Source: Dehalococcoidia bacterium (GTDB lineage: Bacteria; Chloroflexota; Dehalococcoidia; Lucifugimonadales; Australimonadaceae). Taken from it: a stretch of 64,000 nt of DNA. Where the stretch lies: the NCBI GenBank assembly GCA_965261385.1, contig CBDHDB010000001.1:1205418-1269417 (forward strand), given 5' to 3'. Shown piece after piece: positions 40,755 to 49,585 of the stretch (its first letter is position 1; each line of letters starts with the position of its first letter). Position numbers and translations under genes: made by a program. The notes under the pieces are model-generated. The model saw only the letters and a program-made list of their open reading frames with translations, ran no database searches and had not been told where the DNA came from.

Positions 40755-42211
40755 CAACCGGCCTCCGCGGGCCTGCGCAGCACCCAGCTGTCCTTGCTGC
40801 CGCCGCCTTGGGACGAGTTCACGATGAACGAGCTGCTATTGGGAGCAACGCGGGTAAGGCCGCCGGGCAGCACCCACGACCGCTCTCCCGTCACCACAAA
40901 CACCCGTAGGTCGCACCGTCGGGGCTCGAACGAGCCGTCCTCGAACGCGGGGACGGTGCTGAACCGCTGAAGCGGCTGCCCTATCCAGTGGCGAGGATTG
41001 GCGCGCAACTCGCGACGCATTCGCTCGGTACGGTCCTCGTCTGCTTGGGGGCCGATGAAGACGCCGTACCCGCCCGACCCGTCCGTTGGCTTGACCACCA
41101 GCTCGCGTAGATTGTCGAGGATGTATTCGAGGTCGTCGGGGTGTCGCCCCAGGTAGGTCGGCACACCTTCGAGAAGCGGCTCCTCTCCTAGGTAGAAGCG
41201 TATGAGGTCGGGGACGTAGCGGAAGACCGCCTTGTCGTCGGCCACTCCGGCGCCGAGGGCGTTGGCGATGGTCACGTTTCCCGCGCGGTACGCTCCAATG
41301 AGGCCGGGAACGCCCATGAGGGAGTCCTGACGGAATAGCGTCGGGTCGAGGAACGCATCGTCGACGCGGCGGTAAATGACGTGCACGCGTTCCAGTCCGG
41401 CGGTCGACCGAACGAAGAGCTGGTCGACGCTCACGACGAGGTCGCGGCCCTCGACCAGTTCGACGCCCATCTCGCGGGCGAGGAAGATGTGTTCGAAGTA
41501 GGCCGAGTTGTAGGGGCCGGGTGTGAGGACGACCACCTTGCACTCAGCCGCGTGGACTCCCGCCGGCCTACAGGCGACCAGGCTTTCGAGGAGGTGATCG
41601 CCGTACTCGTCGACGGATGCGACTCCAGCGGCGGGAAAGAACTCGGGAACGGCGCTGCGCATCGTGCGCCGGTTCTCTATCACGTAGGAGACGCCGGAGG
41701 GCGTTCGCAGATTGTCCTCCAACAGGCGGAACTCGCCGTCGTCGCACCGGACCAGATCACACCCCGCGACGTGCACGAAGCAGCCCAGCGGAGGAACGAC
41801 ATCGACAATCTCTCGAATGAAGGCGGGATGGCCGAGAACGAGATCGGGAGGGACGACGCCATCCGTCACGCACCGGTGGGCGGTGTAGGCGTCGCGCAGA
41901 AAGAGGTTCAACGCGGCGATACGCTGCCGCAGTCCGGCGTCCAGACGGTCCCATTCGTCTTGCTCGATCACCCGGGGGATGAGCGAGAACGGGAATATCC
42001 GCTCCGCCCCGGCGTCATCTGAGTACACGGTGAAGGTGATGCCGTTGTTGAGCGTTTCGAGGTCGGCGGCTTCCTGGAGCTCGTGGTACTGCGCCGCGTC
42101 CAGCTGTGAGAACGCCCGAAAGAGCGCCTCGTAGGACGGTCGGACGGAAGCCCCATCGAACATCTCGTCGTAGCCGGCGATCTTCCGGTAGTCTGCGAAC
42201 AGGTCTGCCAT
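40754..42211 (-). CDS. Circularly permuted type 2 ATP-grasp protein
   Basis: EDNLRTPSGVSY, NSAYFEH, YRRVDD, KPTDGSGGYG, PGGLTR, VNSSQGGGSKD. Confidence 0.92.
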   Translation of the reverse strand: MADLFADYRKIAGYDEMFDGASVRPSYEALFRAFSQLDAAQYHELQEAADLETLNNGITFTVYSDDAGAERIFPFSLIPRVIEQDEWDRLDAGLRQRIAALNLFLRDAYTAHRCVTDGVVPPDLVLGHPAFIREIVDVVPPLGCFVHVAGCDLVRCDDGEFRLLEDNLRTPSGVSYVIENRRTMRSAVPEFFPAAGVASVDEYGDHLLESLVACRPAGVHAAECKVVVLTPGPYNSAYFEHIFLAREMGVELVEGRDLVVSVDQLFVRSTAGLERVHVIYRRVDDAFLDPTLFRQDSLMGVPGLIGAYRAGNVTIANALGAGVADDKAVFRYVPDLIRFYLGEEPLLEGVPTYLGRHPDDLEYILDNLRELVVKPTDGSGGYGVFIGPQADEDRTERMRRELRANPRHWIGQPLQRFSTVPAFEDGSFEPRRCDLRVFVVTGERSWVLPGGLTRVAPNSSSFIVNSSQGGGSKDSWVLRRPAEAG

Positions 42212-42269
42212 TGCCCCTAGAGGATAACTGCTTCCGTTCATCCGGCGCAGGGCCTCGGCGGACGCGGCG

Positions 42270-42452
42270 CTAGACTGCCCGCGCAAGCGAGGATATTTCG
42301 CGGACGCGCTCGGTCCCATCGCGGGTTAGCTCCTCTCGGAGGCTCAACCGACGCTGGGCATGGGCGCGGCACTCCGGCTCGGACCCCGCCGCGCGCCCGC
42401 GCTCGATCCAAAGGGCAAGGGTGACGTTGCGTATTTCTGACTCGGTGACCAT
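42270..42452 (-). CDS. Small 60-aa protein heading the ATP-grasp operon (weak DUF2934-like pattern)
   Basis: GGGGAGG RBS just before the ATG; co-oriented with and 58 nt upstream of the ATP-grasp gene. Confidence 0.5.
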   Translation of the reverse strand: MVTESEIRNVTLALWIERGRAAGSEPECRAHAQRRLSLREELTRDGTERVREISSLARAV

Positions 42453-42515
42453 GACTTGCCTCCCCTATTGGAATCGCGTTTCTCCGCTCCGCGTCTCCTA
42501 GAGTGACGCCAAGTT

Positions 42516-42553
42516 GTTTCGATGCGGTTGCCGAGGTGTAAAGAAACGGTTAC
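42516..42553 (-). promoter_or_regulatory. GlnR/OmpR-box-like array of four pentamers at 11-bp period
   Basis: Minus strand reads GTAAC-n6-TTTAC-n6-GCAAC-n6-GAAAC. Confidence 0.4.
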
Positions 42554-42728
42554 GGCTCGCGGAGGGGCCACGGCTTTCTCCTCTGCCCGAAACGACAAGC
42601 CGCCCGTTGACCTGCGGGCCGCCGCTTGGCACACTCGCGGCTGCGGGAGACTGCGCAATCGAGGAGGCGCTTTTGAATCGTCGCGACGGACATGCCGGAC
42701 ACCATAGCCACCGAGCAGGCGGAGCAAC

Positions 42729-43691
42729 GTGATACGCATTGGCGTGCCGGACCTCGTCTCCAACTCGTACTTCCCGGCCATCGCGGCCGTCGACCTGGGC
42801 GCATTCCAAGCCGAGGGCCTCGACGCCGATATTGAGCTCGTGTTCCCCGTCCCGCGAGCGATGGAGATGCTTCGCGACGGCGAGCTCGACTACGTGGCGG
42901 GCTCGGCCCACGCCGTGCTGACGGCGTTCCCCCAGTGGAAAGGAGCGAAGCTCCTCGCTGAGCTCGCACAGCACATGTACTGGTTCCTCGTGCTCAGGAA
43001 GGACATCGGCGCGCGGCGCGGCGACATCGAGGCCGTGAAGGGCCTCCGCATCGTCGCGGCGCCGGGTCCCCGCGACGGTCTGGAGCAGATGCTCCGCGAG
43101 GCGGGCATCGAGCCTGAGCGCGAAGGAGTGCGCATAGGCCCGGTGCCGGGGGCGCTTACGTCGGGAGTGTCGTTCGGTGTGCAGGCGGCGAAGGCGCTGG
43201 CCGAAGGCGCCATCGACGGCTTCTGGGCGAACGGCATGGGCACGGAGGTGGCCGTACGCTCCGGCGCCGGGACCGTCGTGCTGGACGTTCGCCGGGGCGA
43301 CGGCCCACCGGCGGCCCGCGGCTACACGTTCCCTGCGCTCGTGACCACGGACCGCAAGATCGCCGCCCAGCCGGACGAGGCCGCCGCCGCGGTGCGGGCC
43401 ATCGTGACCGCGCAGCGCATGCTGAAGGCCGACCCCTCCCGGGCAAGGGAGGTCGGCGAGCGGCGGTTCCCCGCCCAGGAGGCGGCCCTGATTGCGGAAC
43501 TGATCGAGCGCGACCTGCCGTATTACGACCCCTCGATATCGGAAGAGGCGGTGGAGCGGATGGGCCGGTTCGCCCAGGGCATTGGGCTGCTGTCCGGACC
43601 CGTTCCCTATGAGGAGGTCGTCGCGGCGCAGTTCGCCGGCCTATGGGCGTCCGAAGCGCCGGAAGAGAGGAGCGAGCGTGGCGAAACCTGA
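42729..43691 (+). CDS. NitT/TauT-family ABC substrate-binding-like protein
   Basis: NMT1/SsuA-type pattern (F..EGLD.., G..DY, A...G.IDG); no signal peptide and no adjacent permease. Confidence 0.8.
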   Translation: MIRIGVPDLVSNSYFPAIAAVDLGAFQAEGLDADIELVFPVPRAMEMLRDGELDYVAGSAHAVLTAFPQWKGAKLLAELAQHMYWFLVLRKDIGARRGDIEAVKGLRIVAAPGPRDGLEQMLREAGIEPEREGVRIGPVPGALTSGVSFGVQAAKALAEGAIDGFWANGMGTEVAVRSGAGTVVLDVRRGDGPPAARGYTFPALVTTDRKIAAQPDEAAAAVRAIVTAQRMLKADPSRAREVGERRFPAQEAALIAELIERDLPYYDPSISEEAVERMGRFAQGIGLLSGPVPYEEVVAAQFAGLWASEAPEERSERGET

Positions 43692-44022
43692 GCTGGAGTT
43701 CTTCGACCCCCGCGACATCCCCAGCGAGCCGATTGCGCCGGTGGAAGGACTGAGTCAGCAGATACTCTCCCGCGACGAGGAGACGGGCGATTACACGCGC
43801 TTGCTGCGGTTCGAGCCGGGGACGGACACCTCGCCCATGGGCCCCCAGGTCCACGACTTCTGGGAGGAGGTCTGGATTATCGAAGGGAGCATCCACGACA
43901 TCCCGCTGGACAAGACGTTCACCGCCGGCATGTACGCCTGCCGTCCGCCGGGCATGCCCCACGGGCCCTGGGTCTCGCCGAACGGATGCCGCACCTTCGA
44001 AGTGAGACGCTATGACCGGTGA
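43678..44022 (+). CDS. ChrR-like cupin protein
   Basis: HDFWEEVWIIEG, YACRPPGMPHGPW. Confidence 0.85.
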   Translation: MAKPELEFFDPRDIPSEPIAPVEGLSQQILSRDEETGDYTRLLRFEPGTDTSPMGPQVHDFWEEVWIIEGSIHDIPLDKTFTAGMYACRPPGMPHGPWVSPNGCRTFEVRRYDR

Positions 44023-44150
44023 CGGGGCGCGGCCCCCTCTCTAACGCCGCTCCCTCTGATCCCTCTCCCGTCCGCGAGACCATTTGCGTAACCTCGAACT
44101 GGCGCAGGCGCTGAACACCTGTCGCAGGCGCTCAGCTGGTGAACGAAAGA

Positions 44151-44576
44151 TCAGAGGGGGTTGCGCCAGCGGAGGCCGGGAAAGCGGCTGAAGTCCGCGT
44201 CGTTGGAGTGGACCTCCGCCTGGTGCTCCATGGCTAGGGCGGCGATGTGGGCGTCCGTGACCAGGTTCGCGCCGACGCGTGCGGCGGCCAGCGCCCGGCG
44301 GAGCAGCGTCAGGTGCTCCGCACCGGGGTTCAACGATATGACGTGGAGAAATTGAAACCACTCCCTCACATAGTCCACCGCCTGTTCGGGGGCCACCGGA
44401 TGCTCCACAACCCGTGGGTGAGTCATCAGCCGTACAAATCCCGTCGACACCACCCATGGGACTCCGATTCGTTCCGTGCCGTTCACCAGACCGTCCCACC
44501 AGCGGCGGGCTGGTTCGTGGAGCGGATTGCGGCGGTTGTACGCATACACCAACAGGTTAATGTCCGGGACAATCAC
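44151..44576 (-). CDS. vapC: VapC-family PIN domain toxin
   Basis: PDINLLVYA, NLVTDAHIAALA.E, SNDADFSRFPGLRWRNPL. Confidence 0.92.
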   Translation of the reverse strand: MIVPDINLLVYAYNRRNPLHEPARRWWDGLVNGTERIGVPWVVSTGFVRLMTHPRVVEHPVAPEQAVDYVREWFQFLHVISLNPGAEHLTLLRRALAAARVGANLVTDAHIAALAMEHQAEVHSNDADFSRFPGLRWRNPL

Positions 44577-44833
44577 CGAGTGTGCTTCCTGATGAATTCC
44601 TCGATTTCGAGCTCGTCGCTAAGCTGATTGAGCCTGAGAGGGTCAACCCCAGGCATAAACCCGCTGTCATTCGGGACCACGCTGAACCGGCGCAATGGAG
44701 CTTGTCCTCCGCCGGACGACAGCCCCCGGCGCAGCGCGTCGTTCACCACCCGCTTGAAAGGCGCGTTGAGGAGCCGCGCCTGCTCCTTGAGAGAGTCCGC
44801 GATATCGTCATCCAGCGTAAGCGTCGTTCTCAT
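44573..44833 (-). CDS. vapB: VapB-type (CopG/RHH) antitoxin
   Basis: MRTTLTLDDD...FKRVVNDALRRGL; 4-nt overlap with vapC. Confidence 0.88.
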   Translation of the reverse strand: MRTTLTLDDDIADSLKEQARLLNAPFKRVVNDALRRGLSSGGGQAPLRRFSVVPNDSGFMPGVDPLRLNQLSDELEIEEFIRKHTR

Positions 44834-44837
44834 GGAC

Positions 44838-44868
44838 GCATCATGATGCTGGCCGAACGTGATGTCAA
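44838..44868 (-). promoter_or_regulatory. vapBC promoter (probably leaderless) with palindromic operator
   Basis: TTGACA-17-CATGAT ending 6 nt before the ATG; perfect palindrome GCATCATGATGC (44838-44849) over the -10. Confidence 0.7.
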
Positions 44869-45274
44869 GACGCGGATAAGCCTGCTGCAAGGGGATACCG
44901 AGCCCAAGGTCCGATACGAAGTCGGGACGAACGCCCTGGATGATGCGACAGTCGCTTTGTTCGAGGCGTGCCCCACCCGGCTGCGATGCGACCCCGGGTA
45001 GTCTACGGCTAGAAGTTAATGCTCCTCCTGCCCCACCCCCACCGCCGTGACACTTGCCCCTTACCCCAACGCCCACTCCTTCCGTAAAATTAGCCCCCAC
45101 CATGCCCACCAGCACGAACCTGCCTCCTCTCCATCTCACGCGCTCTCCGATGCGGCAACCTCGAAGCCTGCCGGTAAATGAAAACAGATTTTCGAAACCA
45201 ACAACTTCTGAAAGCCGCGAAGCAGGCCGTGGCCATGAAAAAAACTTGTGAAACCCCCGTCTCACCGTGCAAAT

Positions 45275-45390
45275 CCAACAACTTTTTACTCGTAAGCGAA
45301 TGTGCAACCCAACAACTTTTTGCTCGTAGCCGAAATGTGGCCCAACAATTTTTCACTCGTAGCCCAAATGCAGGCCAACAACTTTTTTCA
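45275..45390. repeat. 33-34 bp tandem repeat array with CCAACAA(C/T)TTTT core
   Basis: Units start at 45275, 45309, 45342, 45375; an isolated CCAACAACTT lies at 45198. Confidence 0.85.
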
Positions 45391-45481
45391 CCCCGCCCCA
45401 ACCCTCTCCCCCGTCTACCAGACCTCAGACGGGGGAGCGGACCAGACCCTCCTCGCAAGCGGAGAGAGGACTTCCACAGCA

Positions 45482-46174
45482 ATGAGAACGCCTCACCGAA
45501 CGCTCGCCTTCAGCCACGCCGGCGCCGCAAGACGCTTCGCCGCCCGCAGGCTGCTCGTCGCGGGCTACACCGGCCGCGACCAGGCGGCGGTCGACGCGCA
45601 CGTCGCCGAGCTTGCCCGCCAGGGCGTGCCGCCCCCCGATCACACGCCGTGGATATTCGTCGCGAACCCTGAGACGCTCCGGGTAGGCGGGACCGTCTGG
45701 GCGTACGACGGCGCATCGTCCGGGGAAGCCGAGTACGTGCTGCTCATCGATAGGGACGGCATCTTGGTGTGCATCGGAAGCGACCACACCGACCGCAGCC
45801 TCGAAAGGCTCTCCATCGAGAAGTCCAAGCAGGTGTACCCGCGAGCGCTGAGCAAACAGGTCTGGCGTCTCGACGAGCTTCTCCCGCGATGGGACTCGCT
45901 GCGGCTTCGGAGCTGGACCGGCGAGAAAGGCAGGCTCGCGCCCTACCAAGACGGAACGCTCGGGCAGCTCATCCGGCCCGAGCGGCTGCTCGAGCTCGTT
46001 GGGTCGCGCCCCGACGCCGGGACCGTCGTCTTTTCAGGCACATTGCCCGTCATCGGTGGACAAGTGCGTTCGGCCTCTCGCTTCGAGGCCGAGCTCGCCG
46101 ACACGGACGGGCGACCGCTCGCAACCCTGGCATATGACACTCTCGTCTTGCCCCCGCAGCCGCAGCCAACCTAG
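45482..46174 (+). CDS. DUF2848 family protein (FAH-like fold)
   Basis: AGYTGRDQ..V..H..EL, SSGEAE, GSDHTDR.LE, SKQ. Confidence 0.85.
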   Translation: MRTPHRTLAFSHAGAARRFAARRLLVAGYTGRDQAAVDAHVAELARQGVPPPDHTPWIFVANPETLRVGGTVWAYDGASSGEAEYVLLIDRDGILVCIGSDHTDRSLERLSIEKSKQVYPRALSKQVWRLDELLPRWDSLRLRSWTGEKGRLAPYQDGTLGQLIRPERLLELVGSRPDAGTVVFSGTLPVIGGQVRSASRFEAELADTDGRPLATLAYDTLVLPPQPQPT

Positions 46175-46255
46175 CCCCACTTGCCGCCCCGCCCATCCCC
46201 TCCCTACACTTGCCCCGCTTGAATCCCTGAATACTTCCCACCGGAGAGGCGCGCC

Positions 46256-48010
46256 ATGACCATGCAACGCCACGAGACCATCGCCAAACCCTCCACCTCC
46301 CGCGACGACCCCAACCTCCGCGACTACGAAGCCACTCGTGCATCCTTCGACTGGACCAGCGTCGAGAGCGAGATCGACTGGCTGCCCGACGGCGGCCTCA
46401 ACCTCGCCTACGAGGCCATCGACCGTCACGTCGTCCACGGCAAGGGCGACAAGCCCGCCATGATCTGGGAGGGCAAGAACGGCGAGTCCGAGACCTACTC
46501 TTACGATGACATGCGCCGCGAGACCAACAAGTTCGCCAACGTCCTCGCTGGGCTCGGCGTCGAGAAGGGCGACCGCGTCTTCACCTTCATGGAGCGCATC
46601 CCCGAAATTTACTTCACGGTCTTCGGGACCCTCAAGGCCGGATGCGTCATCGGCCCCCTCTTCTCCGCCTTCGGCCCCGACCCCGTGCGCGACCGCATGG
46701 AGAACAGCGGCGCCAGGGTCCTCGTCACCCAGCCCGAGCTCCGCAAGAAGGTCGAATCCATCATCCCCCAACTCCCGGCCCTCGAGCACATCATCGTCGT
46801 CAATAAGAACGGTCGTTCCTCCGAGCCCCTCGCCGGCGGCGACCTCGATTACTACGAGCTGATGGGCGACGCCTCCGACGAGTTCGGCCCCATAGCCACC
46901 ACCCGCGACGACTACTCCATCATGCACTACACGTCCGGCACCACCGGCAAGCCCAAGGGCGCCGTCCATCGCCACAACGCGGTCATCCAGCATTACCTCA
47001 CCGGCAAGTGGTGCCTCGACCTCCACCCCGACGACATCTACTGGTGCACCGCCGACCCCGGATGGGTCACCGGCACCTCTTACGGCATGTCGGCCCCCTG
47101 GACCAACGGCGTCACCCAAATCATCTACGAGGGCGGGTTCAGCGCCCGCAAGTGGTACCAGATACTCCAGGACTACAAGGTCACCGTCTGGTACACCGCG
47201 CCCACAGCCATCCGCATGCTCATGAAGTCCGGCTCCGAGCTCCCCCAGACCTACGACCTCTCCAGCCTCCGTTTCGCGGCGTCCGTCGGCGAGCCCCTCA
47301 ATCCCGAGGCCGTCGAATGGGGCGTGCATGCCGTGGGCATGCCCTTCCACGACAACTGGTGGCAGACGGAGACCGGCGGCATCATGATTGCCAACTACGC
47401 TTCCGTCGACATCCGCCCCGGCTCCATGGGCAAGCCTCTCCCCGGCATCGAACCCGGCATCATCGACGCCGACGGCAACGAGAAGCCCGTGGGCCAAGAG
47501 GGCAATCTCGCCGTCCGCACGCCCTGGCCCTCCATGTTCCAGACCTACTGGGAGCAGCAGGAACGCTACGACTCCCGCTTCGTGAAGGGCTGGTACCTCA
47601 CCGGCGACGAGGCAGTGAAGGACGCGGACGGCTACTACTGGTTCATCGGGCGCTCCGACGACGTCATCAACACCGCCGGGCACCTCGTCGGGCCCTTCGA
47701 GGTCGAGTCCGCCCTCATCGAGCATCCCGCCGTCGCCGAGGCCGGCGTCATCGGCAAGCCCGACCCCATCGCCATGGAGGTCGTCAAAGCCTTCGTCTCC
47801 CTCAAGGAGGGCTACGAGCCAAGCGACGCCCTGCGCCGCGAGCTCATGGGCTTCGCGAGAGAGAAGCTGGCCGCCGCCGTCGCCCCCCGCGAGATTGAAA
47901 TCATCCCCGGCCTGCCGAAGACGCGCAGCGGCAAGATCATGCGGCGCCTCCTCAAAGCCCGCGAGCTCGGCCTCGACGAAGGCGACACGTCAACGTTGGA
48001 GGAGGACTAG
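46256..48010 (+). CDS. acsA: Acetate--CoA ligase (AMP-forming)
   Basis: [43 protein letters not shown]. Confidence 0.92.
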   Translation: MTMQRHETIAKPSTSRDDPNLRDYEATRASFDWTSVESEIDWLPDGGLNLAYEAIDRHVVHGKGDKPAMIWEGKNGESETYSYDDMRRETNKFANVLAGLGVEKGDRVFTFMERIPEIYFTVFGTLKAGCVIGPLFSAFGPDPVRDRMENSGARVLVTQPELRKKVESIIPQLPALEHIIVVNKNGRSSEPLAGGDLDYYELMGDASDEFGPIATTRDDYSIMHYTSGTTGKPKGAVHRHNAVIQHYLTGKWCLDLHPDDIYWCTADPGWVTGTSYGMSAPWTNGVTQIIYEGGFSARKWYQILQDYKVTVWYTAPTAIRMLMKSGSELPQTYDLSSLRFAASVGEPLNPEAVEWGVHAVGMPFHDNWWQTETGGIMIANYASVDIRPGSMGKPLPGIEPGIIDADGNEKPVGQEGNLAVRTPWPSMFQTYWEQQERYDSRFVKGWYLTGDEAVKDADGYYWFIGRSDDVINTAGHLVGPFEVESALIEHPAVAEAGVIGKPDPIAMEVVKAFVSLKEGYEPSDALRRELMGFAREKLAAAVAPREIEIIPGLPKTRSGKIMRRLLKARELGLDEGDTSTLEED

Positions 48011-48098
48011 CGAGTGCGAAGTGGGGCGATGGACAGACAAGACCAGCCCCACTCCAGCCCCTCGCAGTCGCCGGAAACTCCGGCGAAGCCTACCTCTG

Positions 48099-48332
48099 TC
48101 AGCAGCCAGGGTGGCCAACGTTGCCGCAGCATACCTGCCACCCTCTTATCTTCCGCCAATAGTTGGCGGCCGCGACGACGAGCGTCCTGTGCCACGGCAG
48201 TTCGCTTGCCCGAAGGTTGGCCACGGTCATACACCAAATATCGCGCGAGAGGAGGTCGCCCCACTCCCGCTGCCGCCGGTGGCTGTGCCCGCCGTCCTCG
48301 CCGTGATGGTCGTGGTGGAGCTCGTCGCTCAT
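48099..48332 (-). CDS. Small His-rich protein ending in CCGNVGHPGC (putative metal-binding)
   Basis: MSDELHHDHHGEDGGHSH N-terminus and Cys-rich C-terminus; AGGGGA upstream. Confidence 0.55.
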   Translation of the reverse strand: MSDELHHDHHGEDGGHSHRRQREWGDLLSRDIWCMTVANLRASELPWHRTLVVAAANYWRKIRGWQVCCGNVGHPGC

Positions 48333-48481
48333 CGCTGGACCGTCCCCTGATTCGACTAGCCACTCTATGCAGATGAGATAGCGAGCGTCAATCCGTGCGC
48401 GCGACTCCTCCCCACATAGATAGGGGAAGAATTCTCGAAGCAATAACGAATGCGACCGCCTAGCCTTGCTAGAATCACCTC

Positions 48482-49552
48482 ATGCCCGACCTCCCCGACA
48501 AACTCAACCTGCTGCTCTTCATGGATCCCGCGAAGACGCCCACCGCCGAGTTGGAGGCCGTCGCGCCCGGACGCCTGAACGTTACCGCCGCGCCCGGCCA
48601 AGCGTTCGCTGACGACGCAGGCATCCACCCCCCGACGACCGGCCTCTGGAAGGCCGAGCCCTGGAGCGCCGACCTCGCCCCCGAGGAGCGCGAGCGGCTC
48701 CTGTGCGAGGCCCACATCCTCGTCGTGACCCTCCCCTTCCCCAAGCGCCTGCTGCCTCGCATGCCCAACCTGCTCTGGGCGCAGTACCTCTGGGCGGGCA
48801 TCTCCGACCTCCGTTACTCCGACCTCTGGGGCTCCCGCGTCCGCGTCGGCTCGTCCCGCGGGCACGTCGAGACTCTCCCCATCGCCGAGATGGTCATCGC
48901 CGCCTCGCTCTACTTCGCGAAGGAGCTCGGCCTGGCCGCCCGCCAGACCGCGAGCGGCGAGCTGAACGCGGCTCCCTACGACCTCCGCCTCCTCGCTGGC
49001 AAGACTATGGGCGTGATCGGCCTCGGCGGCATCGGCCTGCAGGTTGCGCGGCTCGCCAAGGCCATGGGCATGCGCGTCATCGCCTCACGCCGCTCAGCCG
49101 ACCGCCGCATGGAGAACGTCGGCGATGTCGATGTCCTCTACTCCCCGTCCGAGCTGACCGCCCTGCTCTCCGAGTCCGACTACGTGGCGCTCGCCCCCGT
49201 CCTCACCGACGACACCCTGCGAATGATCAATCGCGCCTCGCTCGCAGCGATGAAGGACGGCGCCGTCCTCATCAACGTCGGGCGGGGCGAGCTCATCGAC
49301 GAGGCCGACCTGAAGGATGCCCTGCGCTCCGGCAAGCTTCGCGGCGCCTACCTCGACGTCTACGACGACGAATGGTCCCGCCTTCCCGACCCCGAGCTGA
49401 CAGCCCTTCCCAACGTCATCATGACCCCCCACAACTCCGGCCATGTCGACGTCCCCTCCACCTCCTCCATAGAGATCCTCAAGGAGAACATCCAACGCTT
49501 CCTCGCAGGCGAGCCCCTCATCAACGAGGTCGACTGGGCCCGCGGCTACTAG
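48482..49552 (+). CDS. D-2-hydroxyacid dehydrogenase
   Basis: GVIGLGGIG, INVGRG, GAYLDV, TPHNSG; TGCTAGAAT 6 nt before the ATG suggests a leaderless mRNA. Confidence 0.9.
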   Translation: MPDLPDKLNLLLFMDPAKTPTAELEAVAPGRLNVTAAPGQAFADDAGIHPPTTGLWKAEPWSADLAPEERERLLCEAHILVVTLPFPKRLLPRMPNLLWAQYLWAGISDLRYSDLWGSRVRVGSSRGHVETLPIAEMVIAASLYFAKELGLAARQTASGELNAAPYDLRLLAGKTMGVIGLGGIGLQVARLAKAMGMRVIASRRSADRRMENVGDVDVLYSPSELTALLSESDYVALAPVLTDDTLRMINRASLAAMKDGAVLINVGRGELIDEADLKDALRSGKLRGAYLDVYDDEWSRLPDPELTALPNVIMTPHNSGHVDVPSTSSIEILKENIQRFLAGEPLINEVDWARGY

Positions 49553-49585
49553 TCCGCGTGGAGAGGGGGAACACGCGGGGGGGGG

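Noticed and set aside
45275-45390. 33-bp array as a CRISPR array
   Set aside because: The period is too short and there are no unique spacers.
1935-47725. Long antisense or alternative-frame ORFs (e.g. 1935-3563, 11879-13204, 13214-14887, 36827-38119, 46034-47725)
   Set aside because: They are shadows of real genes in high-GC DNA, with no recognisable motifs.
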